Of a DNA stretch of 32,000 nt, positions 15,878 through 24,772 are shown one piece after another; the stretch's first letter is position 1, and every line of letters starts with the position of its first letter. Source of the stretch: Candidatus Hermodarchaeota archaeon (GTDB lineage: Archaea > Asgardarchaeota > Heimdallarchaeia > Hodarchaeales > Hodarchaeaceae). The notes beneath the pieces are model-generated. The model saw only the letters and a program-made list of their open reading frames with translations. It did not search any database and was not told where the DNA came from. The stretch spans positions 60,001 to 92,000 of the forward strand of contig JBHLKY010000016.1 in assembly GCA_048886185.1 (NCBI GenBank), read 5' to 3'. Both the position numbers and the translations under genes were made by a program.

Positions 15878-18127
15878 TTGACTGAACAGTTTCCACTCTC
15901 TAAATATCGGTCTTTAGAAGGATTTGCCTTAGACCAGACTGAACAATTTTTCAAACCAAGAACCTTTCTTGACTTAGTATTTCTTCTGTTGCTAATTTTT
16001 TGGTGGATGTCAGCATTTTTATTTCCTCAAACTGTCCTTTTTCGTGTAACAATATTCACTAGTCTTATTGCTCTTTTCTTCTTTACACCTTTATACATGA
16101 TATTCTTTAATGATGATGAGAAATCTGCAGCTTCCCCTTTGAATCGTGCTGGTAAAATCTTTATCTTCTATATCCTTATTCTTATTTCTACTCCTAATAG
16201 TTCAATCCCTGACATTCTTGGATCTAATTTACCTATCTCGTATGGTGAGCTAGAGCGTACTCTTGTTTGCATTCTCATTCCGTTTACAATACTTCTGAAC
16301 AGTTTTTCCCTGAAAACTCTTCACATTGGATATTTATTCTACATTCAAAGTATTCTTCAAGGTTTTTGGAGAGCAAGTCTGATTTTTTATTTTTTTAAAG
16401 GGATTCGTTTGTATCATCCTCTTACCATTATTAGTATTGACTTTGATTTGCTGTTAGTAGTAACATATTTCATGTTTCTATTAGGGAGTTTACTTCCAGT
16501 TGCTCCTAAACAAGTTACTTTATCTGCAACTGACCTATTCAATCAATATCAGGCCTTAAGAACTCCTGTGGAAAGAATTCGTGATGGATTACTTGCTGGA
16601 GGCTGCATTTTATTTATTATCCTGTTTTTGCAGTGGGTTACTTTAGCTTATGTTGAATTGTTTCAATATACTGCATTTTTAAGCCTCCTGATCGGTTTTA
16701 TCTTAATTTTTACGCCAAAAAAGCAAAATAAAATTCGATTTGGCTCACTTATGAGTGCTATTTCTGGTCAAGCTCAAGTTATCGATCCTACAAGTCAGCT
16801 AGGTAATCGTATTCAGAATTTTGCGCAGACTATTCAAGAAACGGAATTCAAGACACCAGAACAAGTTTATACCATTCCTTCTGATCAAATGAAGCTTGTT
16901 AGCAAAGGTAAGACCTCATTAACTGCAAAAAAAGGGACTATTGCAGTACCAAACGTTACTGAGAAAGGAACCGCTTTAGTTCTTATGGGTAAATCAGAGA
17001 TGGAGACAGAAACTGAAGAACAAGTAGTATCAAAAGAAGAAATTGAGGGGACAACCACCATTTGGTTAAGACCTGAAGAATGGGATAAAATCAAACTCCA
17101 ATTAGAGACCAAAGATTTGAGTGAATTAACAAAGAATGAGTTAACAAATGCAGGTATTGATGCAGTTACAGAGATTTTCGAGAAGACCAAGAAAGCTTTA
17201 ACTGATTTAAAGAATTGGCGAGGGCCTGAAGGTCTTTTCTCATCAGTTCTTGATGCTGCACCTTCTAAATACTCTATTACTGAAACTGCGGATTATTCTT
17301 TAGTCCGGTTACCAGGTATTTATGTTTTTGAATCTAGTATGCTGGAAATGGTCAACATTTTTGGGGGCTTTGTCAAGGTGATTGAAATAAAAGGAGTGGG
17401 GCAATATGTTCAAGTCTTCGGAGGTTTTGTGACTGTTTTAGAAACTCCTGATTACTCTTTTGTACAAACTCCTTTTGTTTCAGTCATTGAGACACCCCAT
17501 GGAGAAAGAGTCCGAGTTTTCGGCATAGACATACAGGAGGGTGATCCTATTAATTTAGAAGAAATCCGCTCTAAAATCATTCAGGATAAACAGAGTTTTG
17601 ATCAGTTATTTACTAGGAGAGTAGAAACACTTTTTCGTGAAGATCCTCAATTATTGCTAACCGATTCAAAAGGGAGAAAGATGGGTTTCATTGTGGGTGA
17701 GGAAGAGGTGATGACTGACGTTCCTAGAGATGTGAAAGGTCTGAAGGCGATAAAGGATATTAAAGGATTACATAGACATGAACCCAAGCATAAACGTCCA
17801 CCCTCACCCCCCTCACCACCTCCTTCTCCCCAACCTAAAAGGAAAAAGATCATGGGTTTAGAAATAGGGAGAGAAACATCCTCTGATGCTGTTACATTGG
17901 ATCTTAACCATGAGGGTGTTCCAGAAGATCATCCTCAGTTACTAGAAATAGATGAAGCATTAGCTCGAATTGAAGAATCGATTGCTGCAACTGATGATAG
18001 ACTCATTAATAATGAAATTTCTGAGACTAAGCATACAGAGCTAATCAATCGTTTAAAACAACGCAGAGAGAAATTACAGAGAGAGAAAAGTGATCTTCAT
18101 AATCAATTAAAACCAAAGTTAGTGTAA
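15878..18127 (+). CDS. Polytopic membrane protein (about 8 TM) with large soluble region: beta-hairpin repeats, polyproline tract, C-terminal SHOCT-like/coiled-coil
   Basis: About 8 hydrophobic segments in aa 30-280; repeats of V-x-V-x-E(T/S)...V-x-x-(F/P)-G; PPSPPSPPPSPQP; terminal helical hairpin DDRLINNEISETKHTELINRLKQRREKL. Confidence 0.82.
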   Translation: MTEQFPLSKYRSLEGFALDQTEQFFKPRTFLDLVFLLLLIFWWMSAFLFPQTVLFRVTIFTSLIALFFFTPLYMIFFNDDEKSAASPLNRAGKIFIFYILILISTPNSSIPDILGSNLPISYGELERTLVCILIPFTILLNSFSLKTLHIGYLFYIQSILQGFWRASLIFYFFKGIRLYHPLTIISIDFDLLLVVTYFMFLLGSLLPVAPKQVTLSATDLFNQYQALRTPVERIRDGLLAGGCILFIILFLQWVTLAYVELFQYTAFLSLLIGFILIFTPKKQNKIRFGSLMSAISGQAQVIDPTSQLGNRIQNFAQTIQETEFKTPEQVYTIPSDQMKLVSKGKTSLTAKKGTIAVPNVTEKGTALVLMGKSEMETETEEQVVSKEEIEGTTTIWLRPEEWDKIKLQLETKDLSELTKNELTNAGIDAVTEIFEKTKKALTDLKNWRGPEGLFSSVLDAAPSKYSITETADYSLVRLPGIYVFESSMLEMVNIFGGFVKVIEIKGVGQYVQVFGGFVTVLETPDYSFVQTPFVSVIETPHGERVRVFGIDIQEGDPINLEEIRSKIIQDKQSFDQLFTRRVETLFREDPQLLLTDSKGRKMGFIVGEEEVMTDVPRDVKGLKAIKDIKGLHRHEPKHKRPPSPPSPPPSPQPKRKKIMGLEIGRETSSDAVTLDLNHEGVPEDHPQLLEIDEALARIEESIAATDDRLINNEISETKHTELINRLKQRREKLQREKSDLHNQLKPKLV
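17270..17542 (+). repeat. Protein-level tandem repeat, 5-6 units of about 16-19 aa
   Basis: YSITETADYSLVRLPG / IYVFESSMLEMVNIFGG / FVKVIEIKGVGQYVQVFGG / FVTVLETPDYSFVQTP / FVSVIETPHGERVRVFG / IDIQEG. Confidence 0.7.
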
Positions 18128-18167
18128 ATGATCCATAAGTATGAATTAAGGATTTTCCTTGGTTGTT

Positions 18168-20084
18168 TTATGTTGTCAAGGTTTGAAGAACCATGTTCAG
18201 GCTTTCGATCATGGAATCTAGCTTAAATTTAGAATCTGCAAGTAGTAGAAGATCTCTTTTTGCTGATAAGCGGGAGATCCGAGTTTCAACAACACTCCTC
18301 ACTTCTCGCTGATTACTTTTGGGATTCTTTTCGACCCAATCTAATAATAAGGAAATAGAATGTGTGAATTTTGTAATTGCACGACTTTCATCCTCTTCTT
18401 TTAGTAATATAATTGCAGCATTGTGATAAGCAGTACTTGCTCTACGTAAACTAATTAGGGCATTAATCAATGTTTTTTCCTTTTGATCAGAGGCATTAGG
18501 AAGTGTTGATAAACCTTTGGTACTAGAAAGAAACATTTCCGCAGCTTTTTCAAAATCTTCCAATATGAAAAGTGTATTAGCATATTGAATTTGAACCGGA
18601 ATAATTTCTGAGACTGGAGCTTTTGCAGAGGTTAAACATTGAAGGGCAAGATCAAATGAATTTAGAGCTGTCGAAAACGTATTCATTTTCTCCTCTATTT
18701 TGCCTTTCTCAAAAGTAATCAATCCTAAAAGCCTATTTTCTCTACTCTCTGATTCTCTCTCCTTTAATAATGTAGATGCCCGAGAAAGTAATTTATATGA
18801 TCTTTCTAGATCCCTAATCATTCGTGCGCCATCATATAATGACTTTGCTGCCGAGATACAATCTCCGGCCTCAATAAATAGGTCTGTAGCCTTCTCTAGA
18901 AGCATGACTCCTTTTTCTTTATTTCCAAGTGAGAAATAGGCACTTACCGCTAAAATTAATGATGTTGCAGCTTTTTGAGGACTTTCTTCGGTTGATTGTA
19001 ATAACCTAGATGCTTCTTCTCTCTGTTCAGCTGATCTCCGAATTAATCCAAAGGCATAAGCAGGATTTTCTTCTTTTTCTTTATCAGCTTGATACATCAA
19101 TCTACTAGCGAAAGTTGATGAATATTCTGCAGCAAGCTGTTTATCCATTTCTATTGCTAATCGAACTGCTTTCTCAAAACAGACATTAGCCTCTTCATAG
19201 CGAGCTTGCTCGTGGAGTACAATCCCCATATCATAATTAAGTGATGCAATCAGTGAGGGATCCTTTATCCAAAGTATTGCTCCTTGGATGAGTTCAATCG
19301 CTTTCTCATATTCTTCTAGATAATAAGCACACTTGCCTGCCAAATATGATGCTTCTCCTGCTTCCTCAAAAAGTCGGACACGAGTGTAGCAATTTGTAGC
19401 TTTTTCGAATGCCTCACCTGCTTCTTGATAACTATTTCCCATTAAAAAAATCTTACCAACTAATGTAAAAGCAAGTCCAGCTCCCTTATCGTCGATATTC
19501 TCTAATCGGTTTGCCACTCGTAAGGCAGTCCAAAGTTGACTTCTATCCTTAAGGTTCTCCCATGCATCTTTTGCTGTTTCAAGATCTTTCAAAGCTCGTG
19601 GAATTGCATATTCCATATCTTCCTCTAAGGTAATACCTTTAAATTCCTCTCTGTTTTCAGGAGGATGAAAGGATTCTACAATCTTTTCCCAAACAGTTTG
19701 AGCAGAGAAGTCTGATTTCTCTTTTTTCAAAATATCTAAATAGACAAAAATAGAATCATCTAGATGATCCCCAAGCATTTCTCCAGTAGCCTGATCAGCT
19801 AGAAATGCCAAAAAAAAAGGACGTTCTTTTCCCCGTAAAGAAGGATCTGGCCACGAATCAAACGCAACACGAGTTTTTACATCTTGGCCTAGACTTAACA
19901 AGGGAACAGAAAATTCTGTTCGCTGTGAGTGACCATGCTGGCCAAAAACTGTTACAGACGCGAGATAAATTTGTAGTGCAACAGATTCAGGATCGTTCAA
20001 AGCAGTATGCGGAAACAGAGAAATTATGGATGGGCCTGAAATGTCATCCCACCGAACTGCTAGGATTGTAAGATCCATTCTCAT
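18168..20084 (-). CDS. Longin/uDENN-like domain fused to a long TPR / alpha-SNAP-like helical repeat
   Basis: aa 1-140 follow the longin beta-beta-alpha-beta-beta-beta-alpha-alpha pattern with WDDISGPSIISLFP and DPSLRGKERPFFLAF. The rest is Ala/Tyr-patterned helical repeats, e.g. EAGEAFEKATNCYTRV and EEANVCFEKAVRLA. Confidence 0.75.
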   Translation of the reverse strand: MRMDLTILAVRWDDISGPSIISLFPHTALNDPESVALQIYLASVTVFGQHGHSQRTEFSVPLLSLGQDVKTRVAFDSWPDPSLRGKERPFFLAFLADQATGEMLGDHLDDSIFVYLDILKKEKSDFSAQTVWEKIVESFHPPENREEFKGITLEEDMEYAIPRALKDLETAKDAWENLKDRSQLWTALRVANRLENIDDKGAGLAFTLVGKIFLMGNSYQEAGEAFEKATNCYTRVRLFEEAGEASYLAGKCAYYLEEYEKAIELIQGAILWIKDPSLIASLNYDMGIVLHEQARYEEANVCFEKAVRLAIEMDKQLAAEYSSTFASRLMYQADKEKEENPAYAFGLIRRSAEQREEASRLLQSTEESPQKAATSLILAVSAYFSLGNKEKGVMLLEKATDLFIEAGDCISAAKSLYDGARMIRDLERSYKLLSRASTLLKERESESRENRLLGLITFEKGKIEEKMNTFSTALNSFDLALQCLTSAKAPVSEIIPVQIQYANTLFILEDFEKAAEMFLSSTKGLSTLPNASDQKEKTLINALISLRRASTAYHNAAIILLKEEDESRAITKFTHSISLLLDWVEKNPKSNQREVRSVVETRISRLSAKRDLLLLADSKFKLDSMIESLNMVLQTLTT

Positions 20085-20120
20085 TGGTTCTGTAATATCT
20101 AGTAGATTAGACGTTTATTA

Positions 20121-21887
20121 CTACTCCTTCACTTTTTTTCGTAGACGACGCAAGTCAACCATTCTTTTCTCTGATATACTTGATCTTTCAACAAGTTGAA
20201 GCTTCACCCCTGTTGTAAATTCTATAGATGGAGCTAGTGGAGTGAAGGATTCTGATCCATTTATTTTCAAAACTATTGTTGTTAAAACCTCATTTGAGCT
20301 TAATTGCCAAGTTAACAATTGATGTGTCTTTTCATTCTTAATAGAGGGATTTAAATGAGGTGGATCTACTAAGACTACGTTAAAATCAGATGGAATGCGA
20401 TCAATTATTGTAAAATCCTTCGATATTGGATTTTCTAAGTAATAATACCACAAGTACTCACATTGATTTGAATCTACAACAGGTTGAGATATTTTTTCAA
20501 TTTTAACCATCCCTTTATCGCAATCAATTTCATCTATATAGTGTCTGGTCAAAGGTTTCTCCCTAAAATCATAAAATACAGAAAAATTGTCTCCTGGAGA
20601 AAGTGTGCTGAAAATCCAACGATATAGGGTACTGTCATGAGTTGGTATTGTTACTGGTTTAATTTTTTTGTTTGTCGTTGTTTTGGTAACAATTAATTCT
20701 GGAGGAATGACATCCTCAACAAGGATTTCATGAAACACATTACCAGAAGTATTAACAAATTCTAAGTTTGTATGTAGATCCTGTTGAACTGAATGATAAA
20801 CATTTACAATTGAAACCTTATTTTTTTCCTTACGCATGATAATGGATCGTTCTACTCGTTTTCTCAAAATATATTCGACTGAAATCTTTTCTCCAGGTTC
20901 AATTCGATCCTTTCTCCAAGTAAAAACTAATCCATTGTTCGTACGTTTTCTTTCATCCAATTCAAGATTCGATTTAACGTCGATAACTTGAAAATTGAAA
21001 GGTATGGTGTTGACTACCTCAATATCAAGTATTTCGTCCTCAAATTCATTGGTGATTTCTGATTTTGCAGAGTAGTCTAGCTCTAGAGTATCTTCTTTTT
21101 TCAAAGATTCAGATGGAGCTAATTCTTCTGTAGTACTAGTTTTAGCGGAACTAATAACTTTTGATCTCCCCTTATACTCTTGGCTATCAGTGGGTTGTAT
21201 CGAGCTTATTGTGAACTCTGGTTCTAAGAATTGGGATTCACCAGTCACATTCTTTATAATTGCGCTTGTACTGATTTCTTGATTCGATTTCATCCTTGCT
21301 GCCTGTGAGGCAGCTGCAAGAACTGCAAAAGATCCTAAGCTTAATTTTTCTTCCATCTCCAACTGCGGAACACGAAATTGCTGTTCTTTTGGTAATACAT
21401 CTTCTTCTAGAGAGAAGAGATCAGCGTCAAGAGGGATTAAATCCTCTTCTCCCTCCTCCTCAATTGGTAGAACATCAATATCTGGAAGTCTTTCTATTTC
21501 TTTATCCACTTCTTCAGTCTTATCCTCTTCAATTTTTGGTTGCCTTTCAAGTGCATCTAAAGCAATTCTATATTGATGAGTCGATGAAGAAAATCCATAT
21601 TCTTTTCCTTTTTCAATCAGGATTTCAGCTGTGGTTATGTCATCAGCCATCAAATGACGCATAATTGCTTTTCCATAACATGTTGCAGCTTTTTCCTTTT
21701 TATCTAAATCAAGGAAAAAATCCCCCGCTACTGTTAAGTATTGGCCTGCTTTTTTCCGATCTCCCTGTTTATCGAAACACTTAGCTGCATCTTCAAAAAT
21801 TCTTGCAGAAACCTCAAGAGAATGCCTAGAGGCTTCAGTTGCCTCACGTACTAATTCTTCACATTCTGATGGTTGCATTTGAGTCAC
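20121..21887 (-). CDS. SNAP-like TPR N-terminus, acidic linker, and three DUF11-like Ig beta-sandwich repeats
   Basis: IFEDAAKCFDKQGDRKKAGQYLTVAGDFF..KAATCYGKA; Glu/Asp-rich linker; three units with (D/N)xIP...W...L/I-x-PG...Y. No signal peptide or TM segment seen. GTG start. Confidence 0.72.
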   Translation of the reverse strand: MTQMQPSECEELVREATEASRHSLEVSARIFEDAAKCFDKQGDRKKAGQYLTVAGDFFLDLDKKEKAATCYGKAIMRHLMADDITTAEILIEKGKEYGFSSSTHQYRIALDALERQPKIEEDKTEEVDKEIERLPDIDVLPIEEEGEEDLIPLDADLFSLEEDVLPKEQQFRVPQLEMEEKLSLGSFAVLAAASQAARMKSNQEISTSAIIKNVTGESQFLEPEFTISSIQPTDSQEYKGRSKVISSAKTSTTEELAPSESLKKEDTLELDYSAKSEITNEFEDEILDIEVVNTIPFNFQVIDVKSNLELDERKRTNNGLVFTWRKDRIEPGEKISVEYILRKRVERSIIMRKEKNKVSIVNVYHSVQQDLHTNLEFVNTSGNVFHEILVEDVIPPELIVTKTTTNKKIKPVTIPTHDSTLYRWIFSTLSPGDNFSVFYDFREKPLTRHYIDEIDCDKGMVKIEKISQPVVDSNQCEYLWYYYLENPISKDFTIIDRIPSDFNVVLVDPPHLNPSIKNEKTHQLLTWQLSSNEVLTTIVLKINGSESFTPLAPSIEFTTGVKLQLVERSSISEKRMVDLRRLRKKVKE

Positions 21888-21895
21888 GTTAATGG

Positions 21896-22279
21896 TTATT
21901 TTATTATCTTATATTTCGATGTTATTGTTAAAACTTCAGATACGCGAGGATTGTAGTCTTCTAAGGGATTTCGGTCGTCATATTTAATAGATTGAAAAGT
22001 CCTAGAAAAAATTACCCATGATACTCGCTTATTTTGGCTTTTAGAAAAGCGAGACAATCTTTGGAATGCATCTTCACCTTTAATACCAAAATATTGGTTG
22101 CAAAGAATATTTATCTCGTTGAGAACCTCTGGAACGCGGCTTCTAGAGTAAAGGCCTAATTTTTCCAGAAGATTTGCCTCTTTAGGGTTTATTTTCTTCT
22201 CTTTCAGTAATTGATAAATAAATGATGGATCTTGTAAAGTTTGGTTTGCTTCTGCGAATGAAATATTTATGAAAGGCAC
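21896..22279 (-). CDS. Hypothetical 127-aa protein, first gene of a putative 3-gene operon
   Basis: GTG-started ORF ending 8 nt before the next co-oriented gene; no motif recognised. Confidence 0.68.
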   Translation of the reverse strand: MPFINISFAEANQTLQDPSFIYQLLKEKKINPKEANLLEKLGLYSRSRVPEVLNEINILCNQYFGIKGEDAFQRLSRFSKSQNKRVSWVIFSRTFQSIKYDDRNPLEDYNPRVSEVLTITSKYKIIK

Positions 22280-22520
22280 TCTCTAAATTCCTCAGATCGT
22301 TTTCCTATCAATGATAATACACATCTAAGGTCTGTTAAATATCTATGAATTAAATAGTTAACGAAACTGCATTTCACCTAAAGCTTTTTGTTACAAAATG
22401 ACTATCAAAGGTCATAACCTATTCTTTTAAACCTTGATTTAGAACAACAAATCCTTGTACATGGTATAGTACAAATATACTTTATAAAGAAAGTTTCAAA
22501 GAGTTTTTTGAGATTTTTAA

Positions 22521-23219
22521 TTGCCAACTTTTCCAATATGCCTTAAAGAATTACGTTCAATACTTCAGAGCGATTCCCGCTTAATCATTGATCTTCCAGA
22601 AGGTTTTCAAAGAGCAGCAGTATTAATACCTTTCATTCTACGTGAGAAGGGGTGGGCATTAGTCTTTACTCGTCGAACTGAAAATGTACCCCATCATAAA
22701 AAAGAAATCTCTTTTCCAGGAGGGAGGTATGAGGAGGAACAAGATAAAGATTTAATTCACACTGCTTTACGAGAGGTTCGTGAGGAATTAGGTATCAATA
22801 AAATAGTAACTTTTGGTATACTTGATGATCTGTTAACAATAAGCAATTATGTTGTCACACCTGTTTTAGGATTCATTGAAAATAATAGGGAATTAGATAA
22901 TGCGGTAATAGACACCTCTGAAATCGATTATATTCTAGAAATTATGATTTCCGATTTAACTGTACCTAAACAGTTCTCTGTGAAAAAAATGACATACCGT
23001 GACAGATATTCCTTTCAAGTACCTTTTTTTGATTACCATGGAGAAATAATCTGGGGGGCCACAGGGAGAATTCTAGTTAATCTTCTAAAGAAAATCAACT
23101 TACTTCCCCCTGATTGTCGGTTTACACTGATGAAACAAGATCTTTGGCATGAAGATGTCAATATTGACAATGGTCTAGATTATCTCAATAATTTAAAAAT
23201 CTTGAAAGATAAAAAATGA
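22521..23219 (+). CDS. nudL: Nudix hydrolase, CoA pyrophosphatase (NudL/PCD1) subfamily
   Basis: RAAVLIP and LVFTRR...HKKEISFPGG upstream motifs, Nudix box GGRYEEEQDKDLIHTALREVREELG, and C-terminal IIWGATGRIL. Confidence 0.9.
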   Translation: MPTFPICLKELRSILQSDSRLIIDLPEGFQRAAVLIPFILREKGWALVFTRRTENVPHHKKEISFPGGRYEEEQDKDLIHTALREVREELGINKIVTFGILDDLLTISNYVVTPVLGFIENNRELDNAVIDTSEIDYILEIMISDLTVPKQFSVKKMTYRDRYSFQVPFFDYHGEIIWGATGRILVNLLKKINLLPPDCRFTLMKQDLWHEDVNIDNGLDYLNNLKILKDKK

Positions 23220-23257
23220 TGGTCTGTTTAAGGCTTGAAGAGTTACAAAATTTTTTC

Positions 23258-24613
23258 TCATGACTCGCCTTTAATTTCCTCGTAAATCTCTTTTACACTA
23301 TCAAAAGTGACTTTTAATCTTCGTTCAGAAATTTTTTCGACAACCTTATCTATTATTTCACCTTTTGCTCCCATGGAAGCAGCTAGGTTCCTCGCATGTA
23401 ATTTCATATGCCCCGCTTGAATACCTACTGTAGCTAAGGCTCTCAATGCCCCAAAATTTTGCGCCAACCCAACTGCAGCCATAATTTCTGCAAGTTTAAG
23501 AGCTCCGCCTGGAACACTTAAACCAAGGATTTTAAAAGAAATTTGAGCAAGGGGATGAATACGAGCGACCCCACCAATTAATCCCACTGCTAGAGGAATT
23601 TCAATTGTACCTACTAGATCTCCATTCCCATTTTTTTCCCATGTTGTCAGAGAAGAATATTTCCCTGGAGTCTTGACAGCAGCATAAGTATGAGCACCTG
23701 CTTCTATTGCTCTCCAATCTTGAGCAGTAGCAATGGCAACAGCATCAATACCATTCATGATACCTTTGTTGTGTGTACTACATCTATAAGGATCAGCTTC
23801 TGCGAAGGCGTAAGCATGAAGAATCCCATTAACAACTTCTGTTCCTTTCATTTCTTTGGTGTTTAATTCATCAGATTTGAAAATTGCTCTTGCTCTCACT
23901 AATCTACGATCTGCTAGATTTGATATTATTCTTAAGAGGGATTCACCGTCTGTAATTTTTTCTAGAATGGGAGCAACTGCCTCATTCATTGTATTGACAG
24001 CATTAGCTCCCATTGCGTCACGAACGTCTACCAATAGTTCAGTAATGACCATTGTTCCATGTATAGTATCTGTCAATACTTTTACTTGTATTCCTTGACA
24101 TCCTCCTCCAAATTTAACCAAAATAGGATCTTGCTTGTTTGCCAGCTCAACAATTTCTTTCTCTTTTTCTAGAATTTTCTCTCGGGCGTTATGAGGATCA
24201 GGTACATTGATCAACTGGATTTGGCCTATCATGATAGGAGCTGTGCTGCTAGTAAAGAATCCACCTCCTGCACGGGCGATTTTTGCCGAGTTTGATGCGG
24301 CTGCTACCACCGAAGCTTCTTCAATAGCCATGGGAATTAAGTAATCCACTCCATTGATAGTGAAATTAGTTGCAATACCTAATGGAATTTGCATAACTCC
24401 AATCGTGTTTTCAATATAATGCCCTTGACCAGCTCTGTCTAAAATTAACGTTGATTGTTTTATATAATCTATATCTTCTTGACTTAGGTTACACAATTTC
24501 TGAATTATATCCTGACGTTCCTTGGGGCTTTTCCTGAAGAAACCCGATATACGAGAATTTAATTTTTGATCAACACTCACTTTAAAGCATCCTAAACACT
24601 TTTTAGCCAACAT
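23258..24613 (-). CDS. mvaA: Hydroxymethylglutaryl-CoA reductase, class II (bacterial/degradative type)
   Basis: IENTIG, PMAIEEASVVAAASN, MIGQIQL, DAMGANAVN, THNKGIMNGIDAV, GIQAGHMKLH. The true start is probably the GTG near 24580. Confidence 0.93.
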   Translation of the reverse strand: MLAKKCLGCFKVSVDQKLNSRISGFFRKSPKERQDIIQKLCNLSQEDIDYIKQSTLILDRAGQGHYIENTIGVMQIPLGIATNFTINGVDYLIPMAIEEASVVAAASNSAKIARAGGGFFTSSTAPIMIGQIQLINVPDPHNAREKILEKEKEIVELANKQDPILVKFGGGCQGIQVKVLTDTIHGTMVITELLVDVRDAMGANAVNTMNEAVAPILEKITDGESLLRIISNLADRRLVRARAIFKSDELNTKEMKGTEVVNGILHAYAFAEADPYRCSTHNKGIMNGIDAVAIATAQDWRAIEAGAHTYAAVKTPGKYSSLTTWEKNGNGDLVGTIEIPLAVGLIGGVARIHPLAQISFKILGLSVPGGALKLAEIMAAVGLAQNFGALRALATVGIQAGHMKLHARNLAASMGAKGEIIDKVVEKISERRLKVTFDSVKEIYEEIKGES

Positions 24614-24772
24614 AAATCGTTTTAATTCCAGATTCAGGAAGCGCTTAAAATTTCTTTTAATTTATGTTGCTTTTTAATATTAGAGCTTCTATACATTAAC
24701 ATATACTTTGATTAAATTTAGTTAAAACTAAAGTTTATAGTCAATAAAATGTTCTCTACAGGTGTGAAATTT

